A stretch of DNA of 64,000 nucleotides from Macrostomum lignano (lineage: Eukaryota): assembly GCA_002269645.1 (NCBI GenBank), contig NIVC01000036.1, forward strand, positions 372,001 through 436,000, in the 5' to 3' direction. The notes beneath the pieces were generated by a model. That model saw only the letters and a program-made list of their open reading frames with translations. It ran no database searches and was not told the origin of the DNA. Every line of letters begins with the position of its first letter. The stretch's first letter is position 1. The translations under genes were made by a program, and so were the position numbers. This document shows, in pieces, positions 46,901 through 59,325 of this stretch.

Positions 46901-47933
46901 CCCACACACCTGTTCTAATCAGTGATCCCCACACACCTGTCCTAATCAGTGATCCCCACACACCTGTTCTAATCAGTGATCCACACACCTGTCCTAATCA
47001 GTGATCCCCACACACCTGTCCTAATCAGTGATCCCCACACACCTGTCCTAATCAGTGATCCCCATTCCCCACACACCTGTCCTAATCAGTGATCCCCACA
47101 CACCTGTCCTAATCAGTGATCCCCACACACCTGTCCTAATCAGTGATCCCCACACACCTGTCCTAATCAGTGATCCCCACACACCTGTCCTAATCAGTGA
47201 TCCCCACACACTTGTCCTAATCAGTGATCCCCACACACCTGTCCTAATCAGTGATCCCCACACACTTGTCCTAATCAGTGATCCCCACACACCTGTCCTA
47301 ATCAGTGATCCCCACACACCTGTTCTAATCAGTGATCCCCATTCCCCACACACCTGTCCTAATCAGTGATCCCCACACACCTGTCCTAATCAGTGATCCC
47401 CACACACCTGTCCTAATCAGTGTTCCAATGATAATAATTAAGTATTCAAGTTCTCCCAACTCCCCACCCGAACGCAGGCACTCGAATCGGACACGATCCC
47501 ATCCGGAGCATACGAGCCCAATTACCTTGCCGCCGAGATTGAGACCTGCGTCCACCTGGAGACTGGCTCGAAGCTGGACATGAAATACAAGAATCGAATC
47601 CGCAGCCGGGTGATGAACCTTCGCGACACGAAGAATCCCAATTTGCGCTACTGCGTCCTCATGGGGAATATCTCCCCGGCGCAGTTTGCCAAGATGAGCG
47701 CGGAAGAGATGGCATCGGACGATATGCGCAAGCTCAGGGAGCGGCTGACCAAGGAAGCAATCGATGATCACCAGATGTCGATGAACAGCGGCACGTCTAC
47801 CGATATGTTGAAGTGCGGCAAGTGCAAGAAGAACAATTGCACTTATAATCAGCTGCAGACCAGATCGGCTGATGAGCCAATGACCACCTTTGTGCTGTGC
47901 AATGAGTGCGGTCACCGGTGGAAGTTTAACTAA
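43922..47933 (+). CDS. TCEA1: Transcription elongation factor S-II (TFIIS), 317 aa, 3 exons
   Basis: Exons 43922-43993, 45683-46108, 47478-47933. N-terminal domain ([14 protein letters not shown]...KKWKKLL), central [13 protein letters not shown], Zn-ribbon CGKC...[24 protein letters not shown]. Confidence 0.97.
45120..45597 (-). mobile_element. tRNA-derived SINE, family A, copy 4 (diverged)
   Basis: Minus strand reads GGGGCCATAGCCCAGTGGTCTAAAG...GGCTTGATTCCAAGTGCAGTTAC; lies in TFIIS intron 1; 3' boundary approximate. Confidence 0.75.
46193..47412. repeat. 27-bp minisatellite (CCCCACACACCTGTCCTAATCAGTGAT)
   Basis: About 44 copies filling TFIIS intron 2. Confidence 0.97.
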
Positions 47934-48489
47934 TTAACAATCTGCAACAATTGACTCGATCATTCATTCATTATTTTTTGTTATATTTATCATTTTTTTA
48001 CTGTGAATATTGATCTGCCGGGTTTGTTTGATAATAATAGTAGTAACAGTATATAGTTACTAAGCCGAATTGCGTTTCAACTTTAATTAAATTAAAATTT
48101 GTACCTTCATTATTGATACTGTAGCTGGTAATGAGTAGGTTTACTATTTCATCTTGTTGCAGAGCAGCTGCGGTTTGTTGTAAAATTAAACAGTAAATAA
48201 ACACGCATAAATAATTAATTGTCAATAAATTCGAGTAAATGCATTGCGTTAATGCATTTTTTTTTCGATTGTGTTATGAAACTAAGCCATTGACTTCAGG
48301 ATGTAATTGGATCTGCGAGTTTCTGAGTCTTTTTTAAAAATATTTTATAGGTCTACTTATGTGAGTAGTCAGGGGGGACATGTTCCTCCAGTAAAATCTA
48401 TGGGTGGGACATGCCAATGCTTTGTTCCCCCTGCCCACCTTTGTTGACCTGTTATGGAAATTAATGATGTTGCTTCAGGGCGACAAAAA

Positions 48490-48875
48490 ATGGAGCCTGC
48501 GGTGCTAAAATGGAGCCTGCAGCGCTAAAATGAGTGCCTGCGGTGCTAAAGTGAGTGCCTGCGGTGCTAAAATGAGTGCCTGCGGTGCTAAAAATGAGTG
48601 CCTGCGGTGCTAAAGTGAGTGCCTGCAGCGCTAAAATGAGTGCCTGCGGTGCTAAAGTGAGTGCCTGCGGTGCTAAAATGAGTGCCTGCGGTGCTAAAAT
48701 GAGTGCCTGCGGTGCTAAAATGAGTGCCTGCAGCGCTAAAATGAGTGCCTGCGGTGCTAAAATGAGTGCCTGCAGCGCTAAAATGAGTGCCTGCAGCGCT
48801 AAAATGAGTGCCTGCGGTGCTAAAGTGAGTGCCTGCGGTGCTAAAATGAGTGCCTGCGGTGCTAAAGTGAGTGCC
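48490..48875. repeat. 21-bp minisatellite (ATGAGTGCCTGCGGTGCTAAA)
   Basis: Intergenic, about 18 copies. Confidence 0.95.
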
Positions 48876-49211
48876 GACAACCCCCGATTCTGACAATAAT
48901 GTACATGTACATACAGAATTCTTGACTTTGTCCGCCCCACCATAAAATCCATGGTGACGCCCCTGATTCTTAGTTTTTTAGTGGACCGGTTTAGTTGATA
49001 GATAAATTTAGTGAAGCAACTAGAAACTACTATCAATAGTGTAAAAGCAAATTCTATTTCGCTCCTAAACGATGCCCTACTACATACATGTTAAAAGTTA
49101 TTGTTAAACCCATTGCCACAAAAACTGTGCCAGTGGTTGAGCAAAGTATCATAATTGCCGAAGTTTTTTGTTTATTTCAATTGAATATTGTCAGAGTAGA
49201 TTGCTATTGTT

Positions 49212-50503
49212 CTAAGCGATCTCCCGGTAGACCTTCACGGCCTCGGCCTGCACCGTTCTCGCTATGGCATTGACCTCGTGAGTGTAGTGATCCCGGTTCT
49301 TCGGCACCAGTTCCGCTTGGATCTCGACGTTCATGAAGACAATGTCCACAATGCCGTTGTTAACGAAAATTCCTCTAGAATTGCCTTTCATGTCGCCTTT
49401 CAGGATGTTAACGTGGCTAAAATGAATTAGGGATAATCATTTCTATAGCTACTAAAGTTACGAGTTTTTGTACGAGAATACGAGTACTAAGCTGGGAACT
49501 GGGATGTAAAATATGTACACTGTAGTGACTTACTGGTCAGCCCAGTTCATGTCCGAACTCATCCAGCCCATCATGAGCGCCTGCTGCATATCCGCTGGGT
49601 ATTGACTGACAATTGACGGTATCATGGACGCTGGAAGCTGCCTGTGATTGACTTGATTGTCGCGTTTCTTCCACGACTTGATGAGGCAGCTGTTGCAGAT
49701 CACTCCAGATGGTGCAGAGACTTTGAGAATTTCGGCCATCTCCAGAGCCATTTGCGATATAGGATTGGAGTTTGATGGAGTGGCATCAAAGCTGGTTGTG
49801 GCTGCAGGTTGCAGATGGCAGAATAAGAGTTTTTAAGTGAGGTGCAGCAAAATACATGTAAAACAGAAGTACAAGTTGAAGAAGTGAGGTGCACAAGAAG
49901 GGAGGTTCACAAGAAGAAGGAAGGTTCACAAGAAGTGACGTTTACAAGCAGAAGGGAGGTGCACAAGAAGAAGGAAGGTGCACAAGAATAAGGGAGGTGC
50001 ACAAGAAGAAGGAAGGTGCACAAGAATAAGGGAGGTGCACAAGAAGAAGGAAGGTGCACAAGAATAAGGGAGGTGCACAAGAAGAAGGAAGGTGCACAAG
50101 AATAAGGGAGGTGCACAAGAAGAAGGAAGGTGCACAAGAATAAGGGAGGTGCACAAGAATAAGGGAGGTGCACAAGAATAAGGGAGGTGCACAAGAAGGG
50201 AGGTTCACAAGAAGAAGGAAGGTTCACAAGAAGTGACGTTTACAAGCAGAAGGGAGGTGCTCAAGAAGGGAGGTTCACAAGAAGAAGGGAGGTGCACAAG
50301 AAGAAGGGAGGTGCACAAGAAGAAGGTAGGTGCACGAGGAGAAAAAGACAAATGCAGCAAATATGACACTGTTAAATGGTCCATCATTTGACAATGAAGA
50401 ACTTACAAACAGCGATTTCCTCCTCAGCAGGAACCGCAGTGCAAATTGTTGTAGTAGCCAAAGCAACTAAAACAATTAGCGATTTTCCGTTGAGTGACAG
50501 CAT
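49212..50503 (-). CDS. Uncharacterised secreted protein, 189 aa, 3 exons
   Basis: Exons 50407-50503 (MLSLNGKSLIVLVALATTTICTA signal peptide), 49534-49801, 49212-49416; GT-AG sites, phases 1 and 2 consistent; family not recognised. Confidence 0.7.
49885..50335. repeat. ~19-bp purine-rich minisatellite (GCACAAGAAGAAGGAAGGT)
   Basis: Intron 1 of the secreted-protein gene. Confidence 0.92.
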
Positions 50504-51167
50504 TTTGATGTAAAAGTACCAGAATTAAACTCTCCGAAGACTGTTAAATCTTAGAAAAGAACTCCAACCGAAAGAAGTTTCGGCTTGTTATAATCACGGG
50601 TTAGAGTCGAAAATGATTTATCGTGAGAAAGCTGTCAAAGCTGGCATGTCAAAGATAAAAAAATTTGATACTTCGGCAATCAGAATGGTAGCTTGTTTTT
50701 ATAACGAAACGTGTCATTTTCTCATCGACATCAACAATTTATTGAGTGCACATAAATCTGTAGTCAAAATGGATCGTCTCTTGATAGCGGCCGATAGCAA
50801 CCGTAGAAAGAAGTGGACGAAAAAAATTCCGAATACTAAAGTAGGATTGGATAATTAATTTTTAAAGCTATGGAGCCAATGCAGTGCCGTCGGAAAAATA
50901 TGTACAACTTAAAATTGCCTTTATTTGATAGCGTTCTGAGCAAGCATGTGGAAAACTATTTTGTGATTTGACGTTTATTACTGCATCTGCAGTGTTACTA
51001 CGAGTATAAGAAAAACCGCGTTGTTGCTTTCTAACGGCCAACTGTTTTAGGCTTACTCTGTGCGTCTCGACGTCCGAAGTCTACTAATAGTACGCTCGTA
51101 GTATGAACTGGCACCAAATGGATTGGGAGCTTTAGTACTATGATGAAATAAGTAGCGTTACCATGCA

Positions 51168-51625
51168 GGCGTTGGGACGCTTAGGTAGAGTGTGGGTCCT
51201 GAGGCGTTGTGAGACGCTTAGAGTAGAGTGTGAGTCCTGAGGCGTTGTGAGACGCTTAGAGTAGAGCATAGGTCCTGAGGCGTTGTGAGACGCTTAGAGT
51301 AGAGTGTGGGTCCTGAGGCGTTGTGAGACGCTTAGAGTAGAGTGTGGGTCCTGAGGCGTTGTGAGACACTTAGAGTAGAGCGTAGGTCCTGAGGCGTTGG
51401 GACGCACGGAGTAGAGCGTAGGTCCTGAGGCGTTGGGACGCACGGAGTAGAGCGTAGGTCCTGAGGCGTTGGGACGCACGGAGTAGAGCGTAGGTCCTGA
51501 GGCGTTGGGACGCACGGAGTAGAGCGTAGGTCCTGAGGCGTTGGGACGCACGGAGTAGAGCGTAGGTCCTGAGGCGTTAGACCGCTTAGTGCAGAGCGTG
51601 GGTCCTGAGAAAAATGCACAGAGTA
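51168..51625. repeat. 36-bp minisatellite (GGTCCTGAGGCGTTGGGACGCACGGAGTAGAGCGTA)
   Basis: About 12 copies, intergenic. Confidence 0.93.
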
Positions 51626-53037
51626 GAGCCCGGGTCCTGTTCGAGGCGAAAATCGAAACCTTCGATCCAGTTATGAGTACAAATACGAGTATAGTAGTTC
51701 AGAGCTTGAATATCTCAAGCGTAGGGACGCGTTACGACACTCAGTAAAAATAAAATTGAGTATGAGACCTACTGGCAGATGTGGCAGTCCAGAAAGGAAA
51801 ACACAAGAGTAGGAGCTTACAGAGAAGACCGTCGTATGCTTAGTGCTGGTCGTTACTGTCGAAATAGAGACCCGGGCCTGATATCATATGTACGAGCCGT
51901 ATATAAGTTCAAGTTAACTTCAGAATTCAATGTCAGGCCTGCATTGTCGTATTCGAATTGAATCTATTCAAAATTTTTGTTGGAGACCGGTTCGAAACAT
52001 TTAGGAAAATGAACTGACTTAAAGCTAACCTTCTGCCCTCTTAGAATGATTCCACAGCTGTCACCAAAGTTGTGAAAGGGGTGAACTTCTGTCTTTAATG
52101 ATAATCTCACTGCTGATACTAAGACTGTAACAGTGCTCTAATTGTTTTTTCTTTTAATTATCCTAGATGCTGCCACCTAAGTTGTTACTGGGGCTAAATC
52201 TCTATACTGGTATATGTACTGCGTGTATGATCTTTCCAGTCCTGAGCGTTTCCGAGATCAGACTCGAGATCTAATTAGTATTTCTTCTCCTTCCAACGTT
52301 CTACTTCTCAGTAGTACATACTGTATGCGCTTCCTTCTACCTTACTTTGTCATAAAATGAATTAACTCGGAAAAACACTTCTTAAAATATTTATTCGGAA
52401 CTCACTATTAGCTTTTCTCAATTAACCAATAAAGATTGCTTCGAGGCTCGACACGAGTCAAGTTGTTCTCTCTTCAGTCTTTGCCAAAAATCGCGTCTAT
52501 ATACGACCTATTTATACTAAAATTTTAGTTCATTTAAAACAAAAATAATTTTGAGAAATACGAGTTTTAAAACAAATTGTTTTATTAGAAACAATTTAGC
52601 ATACAAAGTTGGATTTTCGCGTACAAATAAATAATAAAAAGGCTTTCCACAGAACAATTTTTGCACTTTTCCTAATACGAAGAGCTACAAGAAGCTACAT
52701 ATTGAACTTTTATGATCTTTCATCTTGAAATTGTAACCAGTATATTTTAGAATTCGTCACATTTAAAGCTACTTTGCATACTTCAAACTAAGTTTTTATG
52801 TGTAACATTTATAATTCGTTAATTTAAATGTGTGATAAAGTTCACTGGATAAATACCAACAAAAATTAAAAAATTAAAACACATGTAATTGATAATCTTG
52901 AAAAATATAAACAACAAAAGTTTCAACAAAAGTGAAGTAAAAAGTGTTTCAAGTGAACCGCTGTCTGTCTGTGATTGTTCGTTGTATACCGCGCCCCTGC
53001 TTAGTATTTGATTTTTTAAGTTCATAATAAATCCAGC

Positions 53038-53958
53038 TCAGCGTAGGGCCCAGTTAAGTATGCTGGCAGCACCGGCAATGGGACTCGTCACCACAGCGCC
53101 AACGGCGCTCCCAGTGTCGGACAGAAGCTGAGTCACTGGTCCGTAACCTCGACGGCATTGCTGAACCTGATCCATGGCAGATCTTCTGCTGTTGTCCATC
53201 TCCCGTCTCATACAATCCGCTTCGGCTTTCATTTGGGCCACCTGAATTCTCATCTGAGTCGTCTCTTCATCTTTCTGCTGTTGCTTCCTCTCAGCCTCTT
53301 TCTTCTTTGCTTTTTGCTTCTTTGTCTGAGCGTCCAAGTCTTTTTGCGAGTACTTCTGCGGATTATGTTTGCTAACATCGTCCACTAGGCTCAGCAAGGC
53401 AGCCACCTGCCTCTCTTTGAACTCTTCATCACATTCATCGCCATTGTCCATCAGAACGTATCGGTCTCCGAACTTGTTCAACAACTCGTTCAGCCCCGGA
53501 ATCGAGGCTCGGCCTTTGTCCAAAATCTCCTTGAATTTGTTGACGTCCTTTTTGAATTTTCCGCCGTGGCTGAAAACAACAATGGCTCTCTTGTGCGACT
53601 CGGGACCGAAGACGTCCACAGACTGCTGGATAGCTCTGCTCTCTTCGTCGGTGAATCGAGAGTCTGCTCGGAGCAGGACGAAGAAGGCGTCAACCCCATT
53701 TGGACAGTTGTTCAGAGCGTTCAGCAGTTCTTTCTCCGGCATGGTAGGGTCCTTCACGTCCATGGTGCCTGGCGTATCGACTATAATTAGCAGGCGACCC
53801 CGGGCAACTTTCATTCGACCCTGACAATCCTTGGTCTCCGAGTCGAAGCCACAACCGACTTTAAATTCGAAGTCGCCATACAGAGCGTTGGCTAGGGAGC
53901 TTTTGCCAGAGCCAGTCTTGCCGATCAGGACAACTGTTGTGGGCGCTGCAGTTGCCAT
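53038..53958 (-). CDS. GIMAP/AIG1-family (immunity-associated) GTPase, 306 aa, single coding exon
   Basis: G1 GKTGSGKS, G2 SET, G3 DTPG, PNGVDAFFVLL, RFTDEE, FG...IVVFSHG, RYVLMDN; then a charged coiled coil and hydrophobic tail; 5'-UTR intron 53973-54048. Confidence 0.92.
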   Translation of the reverse strand: MATAAPTTVVLIGKTGSGKSSLANALYGDFEFKVGCGFDSETKDCQGRMKVARGRLLIIVDTPGTMDVKDPTMPEKELLNALNNCPNGVDAFFVLLRADSRFTDEESRAIQQSVDVFGPESHKRAIVVFSHGGKFKKDVNKFKEILDKGRASIPGLNELLNKFGDRYVLMDNGDECDEEFKERQVAALLSLVDDVSKHNPQKYSQKDLDAQTKKQKAKKKEAERKQQQKDEETTQMRIQVAQMKAEADCMRREMDNSRRSAMDQVQQCRRGYGPVTQLLSDTGSAVGAVVTSPIAGAASILNWALR

Positions 53959-54150
53959 AGCGAAATATTTGCCTACAATGTGCAAGCGGTTTACCAATAA
54001 TTATTTAACCAATTAAGAGCTTGCTGCGTGCAAAAGCAGGTGACTTACCTGTAACAATTTTCAACAGTCTGAAAGAAACCAATCCAAGATACGAGAGAAT
54101 CTCTTCCGATGTGCTGATGCGACAATGGAAGCGGCCGTCGGTCCTACCTG

Positions 54151-54158
54151 TATTTATA
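54151..54158 (-). promoter_or_regulatory. Putative TATA box (TATAAATA) of the GIMAP gene
   Basis: Canonical sequence about 110 bp upstream of the 5'-UTR intron donor. Confidence 0.5.
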
Positions 54159-54183
54159 GTGTCAAAAGAAGCGAACACTATAA

Positions 54184-54780
54184 ATCAGGTACCACAATAA
54201 CAGATTCGGTTTGATAAAGAAGGCACTAAAAATGATGGCGCTAGTTGGAGGTTCGAAGTTCCCTTTCTAAAAATACCGCAAATATTTTCAACTGTCATGT
54301 CAGTACAGCCGATGCTCGGTACTCGTAAACACTGAATCAGGTACCACAATAACAGATTCAGTTCGATAAAGAAGGCCCCAAAATTAATGGCGCTAATTGG
54401 GCTTCGAAGTTCCCTTTCAAAAAATAACCGCAAATATTCAACTGTCATGTCAGTACAGCCGATGTGCGCAGGTACTCGTAAACACTGAATCAGGTACCAC
54501 AATAACAGATTCGGTTCGATAAAGAAGGCACTAAAAATGATGGCGCTAATTGGAGCTTCGAAGTTCCCTTTCTAAAAATACCGCAAATATTTTCAACTGT
54601 CATGTCAGCACAGCCGATGTGCGCAGGTACTCGTAAACACTGAATCAGGTACCACAATAACAGATTCAGTTCGATAAAGAAGGCCCCAAAATTAATGGCG
54701 CTAATTGGGCTTCGAAGTTCCCTTTCAAAAAATAACCGCAAATATTCAACTGTCATGTCAGTACAGCCGATGTGCGCAGA
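54184..54780. repeat. Tandem repeat of four 152-155-bp units (ABAB) upstream of GIMAP
   Basis: TCAGGTACCAC anchors at 54185, 54337, 54490, 54645; alternating variants GGCACTAAAAATGATGG and GGCCCCAAAATTAATGG. Confidence 0.93.
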
Positions 54781-54874
54781 CGGCATCATTTTCAGCATGT
54801 GGACTCTCTCTCTCACCCTGAGAGAGTTGTTATTTTAACCGACATAAGAGGCAGTGCAGCTCAGAGGTAAACAC

Positions 54875-55045
54875 ATTATCTGGGGTAATTGAGATGCGTA
54901 TGGCGACCCCCCTCCCCCCAGTCCTTGGACTGAACAACCGTACGCAGCCTTCAGATACGCCGCGCAATAGCTGCGGCTGAGCTATCGGTTGCACATCTGG
55001 CCGAACTGGGTCAGGTGTAGTCAATTATTACTGTACTAATAACTG
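54875..55045 (+). mobile_element. SINE family B, 5'-truncated copy
   Basis: Matches the 3' half of 15574-15895 (CTGGGGTAATTGAG...GGACTGAACAACCGTACGCAGCCTTC...GCACATCTG...TCAATTATT). Confidence 0.8.
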
Positions 55046-55275
55046 TTACACATTAATTCATTCGGATTTATAGAAGAGTGTTTATATATTTATAGACCGT
55101 AGACGCCAGCCATTACAATAAGGATTTATCAATCCGAAACGCTTGCTGAGTTTTGACCATAGACCTCGGCAGACGAGCACTCTTCTTCATTGACCTTCCT
55201 TCTTCCGTGTGCTCGAGGCTCGTGCGTTTCAATCCCTCGGTGTCAACACGCCTTTAAAGAAAACTACGGTACACG

Positions 55276-58200
55276 ATGAACTTTAACTGTCCTCCGCCTG
55301 AACTGCCCGACATGAACAGATTGTGTCGCATGGATTTCTGCCAAGCCTGCGACCTGTTCCCCGTCGACATGGGCATCGACGTCGGCCCGCTGCAGGCTCG
55401 AATCAACGAGTGCAAGCGCCGGTACCACCGGGAGGTCTGGAAGATCCTTTGTGACGGCGTCGACGGGATAGAAGACCAGGAGGCGGGCACCAAGGACGGC
55501 AAGAGTGGCGCAGTCAAGGAGTCGGACAGAAGCGCCCGAGGCGGCGCCGGAAAGGCGAAGTTTGCCGGCGCCGGGAGGCCGGGCTTCGGCCATTTGGAAC
55601 TAGACGGCGACAGGCGAGACGGGAGAGCGGTCAGAAACCAGGAGGACTTTGAAGACATTCTCAAGGATTTGGACGCGGTGAGATTTCCGGGTTGGAATTG
55701 ATTTCTATCTACTTGAACTGACTGTAGTTAATATTACAGTGAAACCCGTTGTTATATCCTATAGCTCCTTAGCAACCATCCCCGCTTGATCCAAGCTCCT
55801 TAGCAACTATCCCCGCTTGATCCAAGCTCCTTAGCAACCCTCCAGCTTGATCCAAGCTCCTTAGCAACCATCCAGCTTGATCCAAGCTCCTTAGCAACCA
55901 ACCCTGCTTGTCCAAGCTCCTTAGCAACCACCCCTGCTTGTCCAAGCTCTTTAGCAACCATCCCCGCTTGATCCAAGCTCTATAGCAACTATCCCCGCTT
56001 GATCCAAGCTCCTTAGCAACCACCCCTGCTTTACAAGCTCCTTAGCAACCACCCCTGCTTGTCCAAGCTCCTTAGCAGCCACCCTGCTTGTCCAAGCTCT
56101 TTAGCAACCATCCCCGCTTGATCCAAGCTCTATAGCAACCATCCCCGCTTGATTCAAGCTCTTTAGCAACCACCCCTGCTTGTCCAAGCTCCTTAGCAAC
56201 CACCCCTGCTTTACAAGCTCTTTAGCAACCATCCCCGCTTGATCCAAGCTCTATAGCAACCATCCCCGCTTGATCCAAGCTCTATAGCAACCATCCCCGC
56301 TTGATCCAAGCTCCTTAGCAACCACCCCTGCTTGTCCAAGCTCCTTAGCAGCCACCCCTGCTTGTCCAAGCTCCTTAGCAACCACCCCTGCTTGTCCAAG
56401 CTCCTTAGCAACCACCCCTGCTTGTCCAAGCTCCTTAGCAGCCACACCTGCTTGTCCAAGCTCCTTAGCAACCACCCCTGCTTGTCCAAGCTCCTTAGCA
56501 GCCACACCTGCTTGTCCAAGCTCCTTAGCAGCCACCCCTGCTTGTCCAAGCTCCTTAGCAACCATCCCCGCTTGATCCAAGCTCTTTAGCAACCACCCCT
56601 GCTTGTCCAAGCTCCTTAGCAACCACCCCTGCTTGTCCAAGCTCTTTAGCAACCATCCCCGCTTAATCCAAGCGCCTTAGCAACCATCCGAGATCGATCC
56701 AGGCTCTTTAGCAACCATCCCCGCTTAATCCAAGCGCCTTAGCAACCATCCGAGATTGATCAAAGTCCCATAGCAGCCATCTCATATTGATCCAAGTCCC
56801 TTAGCAACCATCCCTGCTTGATTCAAGCTCCTTAGCAACCATCCAAATCGATATGAATTCCTTAACAACCATAACAACTGTTTCTTTTAATATTTATGTC
56901 CTTAGCAATCATTTAATTATGTCACCATGGCAGCTAGTCAAGCCTCATCTAAGACGCCCTAGCAACCACCTGTCTCCTCATTCCTCAGCGCACGGAAGAT
57001 ACCACCAAAAAGAGAGAAAACAGGAACAACAAATCGCGACCGCCCCCAAGGAAGCTCAACAACCAGTCGAACTCGACCGACTCGCCAGCCTCGAGCTCTC
57101 GTCGCCGTCCACGCAGTCGCTCTGTCGGGGGCGTCCCTGTCAGCGGAAACGCGACCAAAGCCGGCATGGCGTGGCTGCCCATTCAGGCCGAACTGCAGAA
57201 ACTCCGCAGCTCGCTGGCGGCCGCCGCTGCTCTGGCCGCAACCGCCACTGCGGCTACAAAATCTCGCCGGCGTAACAAAACTCGAAGCGACGACTTTGAC
57301 GAAAGCAAGGGTGACGACGGCGAGAAGGACACTGGCGAGTTGGTTGAAGAGACCACCCTGACGGGTGAAAGTCGATCTGAACCTCAACGGGGACAAACGC
57401 TGGTGGTCACGGTGAGGGATAGGGATCTGGGATAGGGATCTGGGATAGGGATCTGGGATAGGGATCTGGGATAGGGATCTGGGATAGGGATCTGGGATAG
57501 GGATCTGGGATAGGGATCTGGGATAGGGATCTGGGATAGGGATCTGGGATAGGGATCTGGGATAGGGATCTGGGATAGGGATCTGGGATAGGGATCTGGG
57601 ATAGGGATCTGGGATAGGGATCTGGGATAGGGATCTGGGATAGGGATCTGGGATAGGGATCTGGGATAGGGATCTGGGATAGGGATCTGGGATAGGGATC
57701 TGGGATAGGGATCTGTAATAGGGATCTGGGATAGGGATCTGGGATAGGGATCTGGGATAGGGATCTGGGATAGGGATCTGGGATAGGGATCTGGGATAGG
57801 GATCTGGGATAGGGATCTGTGATAGGGATCTGGGATAGGGATGTGTGATAGGGATCTGGGATAGGGATCTGGGATAGGGATCTGGGATAGGGATCTGGGA
57901 TAGGGATCTGGGATAGGGATCTGTGATAGGGATCTGGGATAGGGATCTGGGATAGGGATCTGGGATAGGGATCTGTGATAGTGATCTGGGATAGGGATCT
58001 GGGATAGGGATCTGTGATAGGGATCTGTGATAGGGATCTGGGATAGGGATCTGTGATAGGGATCTGTGATAGGGATCTGGGATAGGGATCTGTGATAGGG
58101 ATCTGTGATAGGGATCTGGGATAGGGATCTGGGATAGGGATCTGGGATAGGGATCTGGGATAGGGATCTGGGATAGGGATCTGGGATAGGGATCTGGGAT

Positions 58201-59325
58201 AGGGATCTGGGATAGGGATCTGGGATAGGGATCTGGGATAGGGATCTGGGATAGGGATCTGGGATAGGGATCTGGGATAGGGATCTGGGATAGGGATCTG
58301 GGATAGGGATCTGGGATAGGGATCTGTGATAGGGATCTGGGATAGGGATCTGGGATAGGGATCTGGGATAGGGATCTGGGATAGGGATCTGGGATAGGGA
58401 TCTGGGATAGGGATCGGGGATAGGGATCTGGGATAGGGATCTGGGATAGGGATCTGGGATAGGGATCTGTGATAGGGATCTGGGATAGGGATCTGTGATA
58501 GGGATCTGGGATAGGGATCTAGGATAGGGATCTGGGATAGGGATCTGGGATAGGGATCTGGGATAGGGATCTGGGATAGGGATCTGTGATAGGGATCTGG
58601 GATAGGGATCTGTGATAGGGATCTGGGATAGGGATCTAGGATAGGGATCTGGGATAGGGATCTGGGATAGGGATCTGGGTAAGGGATCTGTGATAGGGAT
58701 CTGGGATAGGGATCTGGGTTAGGGATCTGGGATAGGGATCTGGGATAGGGATCTGGGATAGGGATCTGGGATAGGGATCTGTGATAGGGATCTGTGATAG
58801 GGATCTGGGATAGGGATCTGTGATAGGGATCTGGGATAGGGATCTTGATGCGCAATAAAATCTAGGTAGCTGTGCAGATAGTAACCAACTAGGGGACCAT
58901 TGCTCAACCCCCCTGACCAACCCCCGCAGCTGACACTCAACTCAGAGAATCGCACAGTGGCGGCCTGCTCCAGCACAGCCAGCTTCCGCACCGACACGGC
59001 GACCTCATCGGCCCCAATGCGAATATCCAGCTCCGCTCCGACGGCAGGAACTGCTCTGAGACCAGCCACTGCACTGAGGTCAGCCACCACCACAACAGAC
59101 AGCGGTACTCCAACTCGTTCGACAACTTCCAATTCGAAGCGTCAAGTTCGTTCAGAAATTTCTTTTAGTAGCAGCAAAATTCGCAGCAACGGCAGCGGTG
59201 CGTTGGGACGCGCTACAAAATCGACTGGGGCGGCGGCCACGGCGGTAGCGGGATCAAAGTCTGAGACAATTAAAAGTTCGCTGAATGAGCAAACTTCCAA
59301 CGAGATGAGAATCAGTGAGCAGTGA
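55276..59325 (+). CDS. Uncharacterised protein, ~406 aa, 3 exons; Cys-containing N-terminus, low-complexity S/T/R-rich remainder
   Basis: Exons 55276-55677, 56989-57411, 58930-59325, all phase 0 with GT-AG; GC-rich coding-like composition between repeat-filled introns. Confidence 0.62.
55765..56850. repeat. ~30-bp minisatellite (CCAAGCTCCTTAGCAACCACCCCTGCTTGT)
   Basis: Intron 1 of the 55276-59325 gene. Confidence 0.95.
57416..58846. repeat. 13-bp minisatellite (GGGATCTGGGATA)
   Basis: About 110 copies starting 4 nt after the donor at 57412. Confidence 0.98.

Noticed and set aside
48370-48965. Possible MITE ends (CAGGG(G)CG) enclosing the 21-bp array
   Set aside because: Only ~8 bp of inverted match and no TSD.
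53158-53824. Antisense ORFs over GIMAP (also over TFIIS, TMEM67 and HYOU1 exons)
   Set aside because: Expected shadow ORFs of GC-rich coding exons.
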